Below, one piece after another: positions 1 through 7,577 of a stretch of DNA of 64,000 bases; the first letter of the stretch is position 1; each line of letters opens with the position of its first letter. The DNA comes from a bacterium (GTDB lineage: Bacteria; UBA8248; JACPRG01; G963555815). Both the position numbers and the translations under genes were made by a program. Under the pieces are notes generated by a model that did no database searches, was not told the DNA's origin, and saw nothing but the letters and a program-made list of their open reading frames with translations. The DNA lies in the NCBI GenBank assembly GCA_965261595.1, contig CBDHDG010000006.1:512001-576000 (forward strand), in the 5' to 3' direction.

Positions 1-161
1 AGACCCTTGGCGTAGGGGCCGTAGGTCAGGATGACCGGGTGCCGGCCCTCCTCGACGGGCCGGTAGACGTCGGCCCGCAAGACCAATCCGTCGTCCATCT
101 CGATCGGCACGTCCCAGTCGATCCGCATCCCGTCCCGGACTTCGCTCTTGACCTCGCTCAT
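1..161 (-). CDS. CocE/NonD-family hydrolase (S15-like), 5' part only; runs off the window edge
   Basis: Manual translation MSEVKSEVRDGMRIDWDVPIEMDDGLVLRADVYRPVEEGRHPVILTYGPYAKG matches the typical CocE/NonD N-terminus (V.I.M.DG..L.ADVYRP...P.I....PY.K); GAGGA-type RBS upstream. Confidence 0.8.
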   Translation of the reverse strand, partial: MSEVKSEVRDGMRIDWDVPIEMDDGLVLRADVYRPVEEGRHPVILTYGPYAKG

Positions 162-429
162 CTCGTCTTCCTCGGCTTGTTTTCTTTCAGCCCGCGGCGG
201 GGGCGGGGAGCGGCCCGCCGCGCACCCTCCCGCCGCTCTGCGGACAATGGCTCTTTCACGGAAATCGGGCGCATTATACCCAGCTTGCCCGGTGTGATCA
301 AAAAGGATAATCGGCCTGAGAGGCGCCCTCACGCGGGCCGGTCGACCCCTCGCTTGGATTGACGGCCCGGACGATCGTGGCGTCCAACCCGGTCCGCGTC
401 TCCGATCAGAGATCGGCCTCCCCCCCCCC

Positions 430-1104
430 TCACGCCCTGTCCTGATGAAGAACCGCCTCGGACGCCCAGCACCGGCCGAGCGCCTCGCTCTCCGTGACGA
501 CGCCGAAGTAGCAGGAAATGTTCTCCAGGGTCGCCTCATGGAGGACAGGGTTGTACGTCGCCACGCAGTCCCGGGGGCATACGATGTAGTAATTCTTGAA
601 AAACCCCGCCCGAAGCGTGGATTCGACGCACACGTTCGTGGCCACCCCCGTCATCACCAGGGTCCGCACGTTGTGGTTTCGCAGGATCAGGTCCAGGTCG
701 GTCCCCTCGAAGGCGTTGAAGCGGTGCTTGTTGACGACGATTCCCCCCCCCCCTTCTTCGGGCCGGACCCGGTAGAAATCCGCCCCCCAGCTCCCCTTCA
801 GGCAGAGGGGAAGGTCCCGACTGTCCGCCCGCATCATCTCCACCATCGCGTCGCTGAGGTAACAATCGTCATAGTAAGACTGGATGAAGACCGGAAGGAT
901 CCCCGCGCTGCGGGCGGCCTCCAGGAGCCCTTCCAGCCGGGGGACCATGGCCTGGATCTCGTCCATCCGAAAGCCTTTGGGCCCATAGGCCCGGTCGAGA
1001 AATCCCCCGTCCGCGCAGAAGTCGTTCTGGACGTCCACCACCACGAGGGCCGTGTGACGGGGATCCACCTTCTCCTCCAGGGTTTCCAGAAGCTCCCTTT
1101 TCAT
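430..1104 (-). CDS. Cysteine hydrolase, isochorismatase/RutB/maleamate-amidohydrolase family
   Basis: D-K-C triad motifs VVDVQNDF, VNKHRFNAF, GVATNVCVEST; start moved to ATG 1104 with AAGGAGG RBS. Confidence 0.9.
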   Translation of the reverse strand: MKRELLETLEEKVDPRHTALVVVDVQNDFCADGGFLDRAYGPKGFRMDEIQAMVPRLEGLLEAARSAGILPVFIQSYYDDCYLSDAMVEMMRADSRDLPLCLKGSWGADFYRVRPEEGGGGIVVNKHRFNAFEGTDLDLILRNHNVRTLVMTGVATNVCVESTLRAGFFKNYYIVCPRDCVATYNPVLHEATLENISCYFGVVTESEALGRCWASEAVLHQDRA

Positions 1105-1129
1105 CGACTTCCTCCTTGAGATCCGAACC

Positions 1130-3457
1130 TCATGGGCGCACTTGGCTTTCAGACCGCTCCTGAATCGCCCGGAGCACCCGCTCCGGCGTGAAGGGAAGGG
1201 ACCGGATCTGAACGCCGATGGCGTTGTAGACGGCATTGGCGATGGCCGCGGCCGTCGGGGCGAGACCGGGCTCGCCGACCCCCTTGGCCCCGTAAGGGCC
1301 GTCGGGGTGAGGCTCCTCGACGACCATGGGAACCAGGGCCGGCATGTCGAGGGCGCAGGGGATCTTATAGTCGCCGAAGTTCGCGTTTACGACGGCCCCG
1401 CCCTCGAGACACATCTCTTCGAACAGGGCCGTCCCCAGGCCCTGGGCCAGGGCTCCCTCGATCTGCCCGTCGCAGCCCTGGGGGTTGATCGCCTTGCCGA
1501 CGTCGTGCGCCGCGGTCAGCTTGAGGAGGCGCACCTCCCCGGTCTCCTCGTCCACCTCGACCTCGGCCCCCTGGGCGGCGTACATCCAGAAGGACGCGGG
1601 CTTCCTGCCCATGCCCGATTCGGCGTCGGCCGGCGAGGACGGCAGCGGCGTGAAGTGGCCCCGACCGATGATCGGTCCCCCGGTGAATCCGCCGTCGGGC
1701 TTGAAGACCCCCATGGCGACGTCGGCGAAGGTCACGAACCGGTCGGGGGCGGCCCGGGTGAAAACCCGTCCGTCCCGGGTGTCGAGGTCCTCGGGGGCCG
1801 CCTCCAGGAGGACCGCCGCCGCCTGGAAAAGCTGGGCCTTGACGTCATCGGCCGCCCGGCAGATGGCGTTCCCGTCGAAGAAGGTGGTCTTGCTGGAGGA
1901 GGTCTCCCAGCCGTAGGGGGCCGTCGCGGTGTCGGGCTGGATCACGGAAATCCGGCCGGGGTCGACCCCGAGGGCTTCGGCCGCGATCTGCCTGAGCGCT
2001 GTGTGGGCCCCTTGGCCGTGTTCCACGGCGCTGGTGAGCAGGGCCACGCTCCCGTCCTCGTTCACCTTGATCACCGACATGACGTGGGCCGTCGGGACGG
2101 AGAATTTCCACATGCAGGCGATCCCCCATCCGCGCCGCTTCCCGGGGGGGGACGGCCGATCCTCCCTGTCGAGCGGCTCAACCGCCCGCCGGACGCATTC
2201 CTTGAGGCCCACGGCGTTCAGGGTCTCCCCCGTCGTGCTGACGTCCCCGTCTTCGACGCCGTTTCGGAGCCTGAGATCGACGGGGTCCATCCCGAGCTCC
2301 CGGGCGATGCGGTCGAGCTGGCCCTCGTAGCCAAAGCACGTCTCCGGCACGCCGAACCCCCGGTACGCCCCGGAGACGGGGTTGTTGGTGTAAACGCAGG
2401 AGGAATCCACCCGTACGTTGGGGATGCGGTAAGGCCCGTTGGCGGAGAAACCCGCGTACCGGGAGACGGCGATTTCGTACTCGCCGTACGCCCCCGTGTC
2501 CCAGAAGCACCGGACCTCCCGGGCCACCAGGTCCCCGTTCCGCATCACGCCGGTCTTGTAGATGACCTTGAGGGGCTGGCGGACGAACGTCGCGACGAAC
2601 TCCTCCTCGCGGGTGAGCTCGAGTCGGACGGGGAGGTGGCCGCTGTGCACGGCCAAGGCCCCCGCCAGGGTCTCGACGACCGCGCTGATCTTGCCGCCGA
2701 AGGCCCCACCCACCCAGGTGCAGATGATCCGTACTTCGCTCTGGGAAAGGCCCAGGGCCTGGGCCACCTGCTCCCGCGTCACGTACAGACCCTGCGTCGT
2801 CGTCCAAATCGTGAGCCCGCCCTGGGGGGAGAGCTGCGCGATGCAGGCGTGGGGCTCCAGTGGGCAGTGCTGGACCATGGGGACATGGAACGTGTCCTCG
2901 AATACAAGGTCCGATTGCCGGAACCCTTCCTCTACGTTTCCCAAACTGAACTCGAAGTGGTTGCAGATGTTCGTGCCGGGGACCGGCTTGAAGATGTTGC
3001 GCTGGTACTCATATTCGCCGAGGTCCGGATGGAGGAGGGGGGCGTCGGGGGCCATGGCCTCCTCCATGCCGAAAACGGCGGGAAGCTCCTCGTACTCCAC
3101 GCGGATCAGGCTCAGGGCCTCGAGGGCCGCGTCCTCGTCGACGGCGGCGACCCCGGCCACCGGCTCTCCCACGAAGCGAACCCGGTCCACGGCGTAAACG
3201 GGCCGGTCCTCGAGGCGCGTCCCCCATATCGCGTCGGGAAAATCCCGGCCCGAGACCGCCGCGCGCACGCCCGCCAGCCGCTTCGCCGGCGCCAAGTCCA
3301 CGTGAAGAACCTTGGCGTGGGGATGGGGGCTTCTCAGGATCTTGGCGTGGAGCATGCGGGGAGCGGTCACGTCCGGCCCGTAGGCCGCCATTCCCGTCGC
3401 CTTTTCGTAGCCGTCGCTCCGTTCGTAATCGACCCCGATCTTCGTTGGACCCGCCAT
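1130..3457 (-). CDS. Xanthine dehydrogenase/CO dehydrogenase family molybdopterin-binding large subunit
   Basis: RSPHPHA, GGAFGGK, GAYRGFG, EHGQG, GQIEG, AKGVGE motifs; start at MAGPTK after a purine-rich RBS. Confidence 0.92.
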   Translation of the reverse strand: MAGPTKIGVDYERSDGYEKATGMAAYGPDVTAPRMLHAKILRSPHPHAKVLHVDLAPAKRLAGVRAAVSGRDFPDAIWGTRLEDRPVYAVDRVRFVGEPVAGVAAVDEDAALEALSLIRVEYEELPAVFGMEEAMAPDAPLLHPDLGEYEYQRNIFKPVPGTNICNHFEFSLGNVEEGFRQSDLVFEDTFHVPMVQHCPLEPHACIAQLSPQGGLTIWTTTQGLYVTREQVAQALGLSQSEVRIICTWVGGAFGGKISAVVETLAGALAVHSGHLPVRLELTREEEFVATFVRQPLKVIYKTGVMRNGDLVAREVRCFWDTGAYGEYEIAVSRYAGFSANGPYRIPNVRVDSSCVYTNNPVSGAYRGFGVPETCFGYEGQLDRIARELGMDPVDLRLRNGVEDGDVSTTGETLNAVGLKECVRRAVEPLDREDRPSPPGKRRGWGIACMWKFSVPTAHVMSVIKVNEDGSVALLTSAVEHGQGAHTALRQIAAEALGVDPGRISVIQPDTATAPYGWETSSSKTTFFDGNAICRAADDVKAQLFQAAAVLLEAAPEDLDTRDGRVFTRAAPDRFVTFADVAMGVFKPDGGFTGGPIIGRGHFTPLPSSPADAESGMGRKPASFWMYAAQGAEVEVDEETGEVRLLKLTAAHDVGKAINPQGCDGQIEGALAQGLGTALFEEMCLEGGAVVNANFGDYKIPCALDMPALVPMVVEEPHPDGPYGAKGVGEPGLAPTAAAIANAVYNAIGVQIRSLPFTPERVLRAIQERSESQVRP

Positions 3458-3702
3458 CGTCTCCCCCCCCCTCCTCTTCCCCCCCAATTGACGGAGGCTC
3501 GCTGCCGGTGAAAGTCCATTTTGCCCTTTACCATTCAGTCTTACAAGGACCGCCGATCTTTTGATAGCCAGGTGGATGATCCCCCATGGTAGGATGAGTC
3601 ATCAGGCATCTGCAAAATGTCTTCCGGAATCCGGGTCGCCAATCGACCAAAAGGGGTCGGACCTCGCAAGATTGTCCGGAGGGAGAAAGGGGAGGGAGAG
3701 GG

Positions 3703-4677
3703 ATGGAGAAAATGCGCGAAGCCGATCTTTGGCCCATGGTCAGAGCGTATTGGCACCCGGTTGCCTTGGCCGAAAACGTGAAGGACCGGCCGTACGCCGC
3801 GACGCTTCTCGATGAACGGATCGTGATCTGCCGGCTGGGGGATCGGGTGGAGGCGTTCTCCGACCTCTGCATTCACCGCGGGACACCGATCTCGCTGGGC
3901 TGGATAGAGGGCGAGGAAGTCGTGTGCGCGTACCACGGCTGGGCCTACAACGCCGATGGAAAGTGCACCCGCATCCCCTCCATTCCGCCGGGGAGCCCCA
4001 TTCCCAAAAAGGCGTGCCTCACCCACTACCCCGCACAGGAGCGTTACGGGATTGTGTGGGTCTGCATGTCCGATGAGCCCCGGGCGCCCATTCCGAACCT
4101 TCCCTCCCTGGAGGACCCGGGCCACCATGTGACCGCCGCGGATCAGCGAAACTGGAAGTGCAGCGCCGCCCGCGCCATCGAGAACTTCATCGATTACTCC
4201 CATTTCGCCTGGATTCACGAAGGCATCCTGGGAGACCGCAGCCGTCCCGAGTCGCCTGAAGTGAACGTGGTCAGGGAGGGGGATGAAATCAAGTTTGATT
4301 TTTCAAACACACCCGACGGACTCCACGGGGCCCCGCACACGAACTACTACCGGCTGGTCCGGCCGTTTTCCATCATTTTGACGAAAGTCGAGCAGGACGG
4401 GAAAACCGAGGCGCTGAATTTCGTTTGCTCGCCCGTTTCGGCCGACGAGTGCACCCGGATATTCTTGATCACCCGGAACCACCCCCACGATATCGAGAAG
4501 GACGGCGGGACGGAAAAGTTCCTGGAGCTCGTCGCGGAACAGGACCGGCTGATCGTGGAAAACCAGCGGCCGCAGGACCTGCCGCTCGACCTGACCGAAG
4601 AGCTCCACGTCAAGGGGCCGGACGCCGGCTCCCTCGTGTACCGAAGGGCGCTCAGGGAGATCGGTCTTGACGAGTAG
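3703..4677 (+). CDS. Rieske non-heme iron oxygenase alpha subunit (VanA/NdmA-like demethylase group)
   Basis: Rieske CIHRG...CAYHGW; mononuclear Fe site ENFIDYSHFAWIH...QD; C-terminal ENQRP.DLPLDL.EELH. Confidence 0.9.
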   Translation: MEKMREADLWPMVRAYWHPVALAENVKDRPYAATLLDERIVICRLGDRVEAFSDLCIHRGTPISLGWIEGEEVVCAYHGWAYNADGKCTRIPSIPPGSPIPKKACLTHYPAQERYGIVWVCMSDEPRAPIPNLPSLEDPGHHVTAADQRNWKCSAARAIENFIDYSHFAWIHEGILGDRSRPESPEVNVVREGDEIKFDFSNTPDGLHGAPHTNYYRLVRPFSIILTKVEQDGKTEALNFVCSPVSADECTRIFLITRNHPHDIEKDGGTEKFLELVAEQDRLIVENQRPQDLPLDLTEELHVKGPDAGSLVYRRALREIGLDE

Positions 4678-4774
4678 CGCGGAGGCGCGGGATTATCCCG
4701 AATTTCTCATCAACCATTCGACGCACAAGGGTGGCGGGGGGGCCAACTGCGGGTTCACCCATTCGCGAGAGCGG

Positions 4775-4877
4775 TGTAGCGCGGAGGGTTTAGCCTCCGC
4801 CTCCATGTCGCGCCCAAATGAAAACCAGCGGAGGCTAAGGGTCCACCGACCCGCAGGGTCACCCGACCCGCGCTACA
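4775..4877. repeat. GTAG-type REP-like inverted repeat pair between convergent genes
   Basis: TGTAGCGCGG (4775) and CCGCGCTACA (ends 4877) are a perfect 10-bp IR; inner TTAGCCTCCGC/GCGGAGGCTAA is an 11-bp IR. Confidence 0.6.
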
Positions 4878-4912
4878 TTCTTATTCAACCGCCGGCGTCC
4901 GGGTGCAACTCC

Positions 4913-5020
4913 CTACCGGGTCAGGACGATGAGCGTGACGGCGCCCAGGTCGCCCCGGCTGAGGCCATAGACCTCCCGGATCCTGCCGCTCGTCCCGCTG
5001 GTTTCGACGACTTGGGCCAC
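4913..5020 (-). pseudogene. 35-aa ORF with strong RBS; small protein or 5' remnant of a deleted membrane-protein gene
   Basis: GAGGAGG RBS, then GTG: MAQVVETSGTSGRIREVYGLSRGDLGAVTLIVLTR-stop; lies at the end of the nitrilase operon. Confidence 0.35.
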
Positions 5021-5099
5021 CTCGCGCCTCCTCACGGACGCGGCTCGCGGGTCCGTCCGGAAAACGGCGCCGATTTGGGAAATCGTCCGCTCAGGGTCT

Positions 5100-5993
5100 T
5101 CAAGCGGTTTGGCTCAGGGTCCCGTAAAGCTCCGGGCGTCGATCCCGGTAGACCATGAGGCGGCGGCGGGCCTCCACCACTTCGTCCAGATCGACGGTCC
5201 CCCGGACAAAGACCGGCCCTTCGGCTTCGGGTCCCTGGGCGATGACCCGGCCGTCGGGACCGGTGATGCAGCTGATCCCATAGTAGCGCGTATCGCGCCC
5301 ATCGACCGTCTCGACCCCCGCCTTGTTGCAACCGGCCGCGAACACGATGTTCTCCGCCGCGTTGGACCGAAGCCCGCAGACCCACATTTCCCAGACGTAC
5401 CCCGCCGAGGCCGTCGGAAGCAGGATCAACTCCGCCCCGTTCAGGGCGAGGACCCGCCATCCTTCCGGGAACCAGCGCTCGTAGCAAATCAGGCACCCGA
5501 TCTTCCCCAGATCGGTCTCGAAGACGGGGTGCCCCGACCCCAGCCGGAAGTAGAATTTCTCATCGTTCACCATCTCCCCCCAGCGAAAGTGGGAGATGTA
5601 GTTCTTTCGGGCGGCGGGCGTCCGCGTCCCGTCGGGGAGGACCCCTTCGATGACCTTTCCGTCCGGTCCGATCAAGACCGCGCTGTTGTAGAACTCCCCC
5701 TCCCTGGGCCCCTTCTCGTACATCGGAAGCAGGATGTGACAGTCGAGCTCTCGGGCCTTCTCGCCGAATATCTCCGTCGCCGGCCCCGGGACGGTTTCGG
5801 CCAGATCCATGAATTTCGGGTCCGTAAAACCCACGCAGAAGAACTGCGTGGTGAACATCTCGGGAAAGACGATCACGTCCACCGGCTCCCGGGCCGCCAG
5901 GTCGATGAGGTCCAGCCCCGCCTGGATGTTCTCCTCTTTGGAGGGGGAAGCCGGGCCCGGTTGAACCAGACAGATGTTGATCGCTCGCGACAT
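5100..5993 (-). CDS. Carbon-nitrogen hydrolase (nitrilase superfamily; beta-ureidopropionase/N-carbamoylase-like)
   Basis: E-K-C triad: VFPEMF, ARKNY, ICYERWFPE; EKFYF; C-terminal DRRPELY. Confidence 0.9.
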   Translation of the reverse strand: MSRAINICLVQPGPASPSKEENIQAGLDLIDLAAREPVDVIVFPEMFTTQFFCVGFTDPKFMDLAETVPGPATEIFGEKARELDCHILLPMYEKGPREGEFYNSAVLIGPDGKVIEGVLPDGTRTPAARKNYISHFRWGEMVNDEKFYFRLGSGHPVFETDLGKIGCLICYERWFPEGWRVLALNGAELILLPTASAGYVWEMWVCGLRSNAAENIVFAAGCNKAGVETVDGRDTRYYGISCITGPDGRVIAQGPEAEGPVFVRGTVDLDEVVEARRRLMVYRDRRPELYGTLSQTA

Positions 5994-6091
5994 ACGGTTT
6001 CTCTCCTGACCAAGCCCGGACGGACATCGGGGCCTATCACGCGGATTTTAGACGCCGCGGCCGGGCCGGTTCGTGACCGGGCGCGGTCGGT

Positions 6092-6169
6092 GATCTCTCC
6101 GCCGCGCATCGCCACCGTCCGCCGGACCCTGGTGAAGTTCTCGTGCGGTCCTCCATCAAGGGCGATCAC
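6092..6169 (-). pseudogene. Remnant of the C-terminus of an amidohydrolase-superfamily gene
   Basis: Translates as VIALDGGPHENFTRVRRTVAMRGGEI, resembling the amidohydrolase tail D(L/I)IA(V/L)DG.P..D...L..V..VMKGG.(V/I). Confidence 0.45.
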
Positions 6170-7565
6170 CCGCCCCCACCGAGGAAGTCACATACGCTTC
6201 CAGGTCGATCCCCTCCCAGAGCTCCCGTTTGACATCGCACCGCTCGGGGAAAGGGATATCCACCGGTTTGCTGGCGTCGATGCCGACGCGGGTGTTCATC
6301 CCCCCGTGTTCGCCGCGGCTTCTGCCCGTATGGCCCGAGGGGTCGATGATACACACGAAGGATCCCGGGACAAAGAAGAAATCCCGGTCCGGCTGGGTGC
6401 GGGTGGTCATGGCCCACATGACCTCGCGCTCACTGTAGATGTCCACATCCTCATCCACGACCACCACCATCTTCATATAGGGATCCGCCGCCAGGGCCGC
6501 CAGGGCCGCGTTCTTTCCCTGACCCTCGAACTCTTTGCGTATCTGGACAAACCCGGTCAAGCGGCAGCCGCCCGATTCCGCCACGACCACATTGCGCATG
6601 GACGGGATCGCTTCCTTCACCCGCTTGTACAGGTTGGACTCCCGGCCCAGCAGACCCAGGTAATTGTGGTCCAGGTACAGGTTGTTGAGATCTAGAAAAA
6701 TGGCGTCCCGCCGGTGGGTGATGGCCGTGATTTCGATAACGGGGTTTTCCCGGGCGGGGCCGTAGTGCCAGGTGAACTCGCCCAAGGGGCCTTCCTCTTC
6801 CCGGACACCGGCCCGGATTCGGCCCTCGATGACGATCTCGGCGCGCGCGGGGACGCCCAGGTCCACCGTCTCGCCCTTCACCAATTCCAGGGGCTCTCCC
6901 AGGAGCCCGCCGATGACGGCGAATTCATCCATGTCCAGGGGACCCCGGACCTGAGAGCCGTGACAGAAGGCGGGATGATGTCCCAGGGCCACGGCGAATT
7001 CCAGGTCTTCCCCCTTCCCTTCCCGCTTTCTCAGGATGTGCGCGAGGTGGGATTCCGGCCCGATGTCGATGCCCATCTCCCGGGGGTTCCGGTACATGTG
7101 CCGGTAGATTCCGGCGTTGTGGACTCCGGTGTCGGGGTCCTTGGCGATTCCCACGCCCGGGTTGATGTAGGGCCCGGCGTCCTTCTCTCCGTGCGTGACG
7201 ATGGGCAGGCGGGACAGGTCCGCCTCCTCGCCGATCCACTTGCACTCCTTGACCGGACCGTCCTCCACCCAGCGGGGCTCGATGGGCCGGTCCTCCCGGC
7301 GCATGTATTCGTTCAACGTGTCCTCGACGGGGACGTCCAGGGCCGCCGCCAGCTTCAGACGGGACGCGAAAAGGTTCGTCATGACCGGCATCGAGGAACC
7401 CTTCACGTCCTCGAACAGGAGGGTCGGGAATTGATTCTCGGCCTGGAACCTGCGGACAACGGCGGCGATCTCCCAGGCCGGGTCCACCGGGCGGGCCACC
7501 CGGACGATCTCGTTCGGATGCTCCTCGCTCAAAGAGTCGATGAAGGTTCGGAGGTCCTTCGGCAT
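6156..7565 (-). CDS. UbiD-family (prFMN-dependent) decarboxylase
   Basis: D.GPYI, N.GIYR, AEIVIEG, EGPLGEFT, VVVDEDVD, WAMTTR.QPDRD, GIDASKP. Confidence 0.93.
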   Translation of the reverse strand: MPKDLRTFIDSLSEEHPNEIVRVARPVDPAWEIAAVVRRFQAENQFPTLLFEDVKGSSMPVMTNLFASRLKLAAALDVPVEDTLNEYMRREDRPIEPRWVEDGPVKECKWIGEEADLSRLPIVTHGEKDAGPYINPGVGIAKDPDTGVHNAGIYRHMYRNPREMGIDIGPESHLAHILRKREGKGEDLEFAVALGHHPAFCHGSQVRGPLDMDEFAVIGGLLGEPLELVKGETVDLGVPARAEIVIEGRIRAGVREEEGPLGEFTWHYGPARENPVIEITAITHRRDAIFLDLNNLYLDHNYLGLLGRESNLYKRVKEAIPSMRNVVVAESGGCRLTGFVQIRKEFEGQGKNAALAALAADPYMKMVVVVDEDVDIYSEREVMWAMTTRTQPDRDFFFVPGSFVCIIDPSGHTGRSRGEHGGMNTRVGIDASKPVDIPFPERCDVKRELWEGIDLEAYVTSSVGAGDRP

Positions 7566-7577
7566 GCGCTCACTCCC

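Noticed and set aside
39..362. 107-aa plus-strand ORF
   Set aside because: Overlaps the antisense of the CocE/NonD gene start, which has clear family motifs
1142..3511. 789-aa plus-strand ORF and similar long antisense ORFs (e.g. 6714-9320, 5109-6695, 44909-46984, 49314-50981, 57253-59037)
   Set aside because: Shadow frames opposite well-supported genes; expected in high-GC DNA; no recognisable motifs
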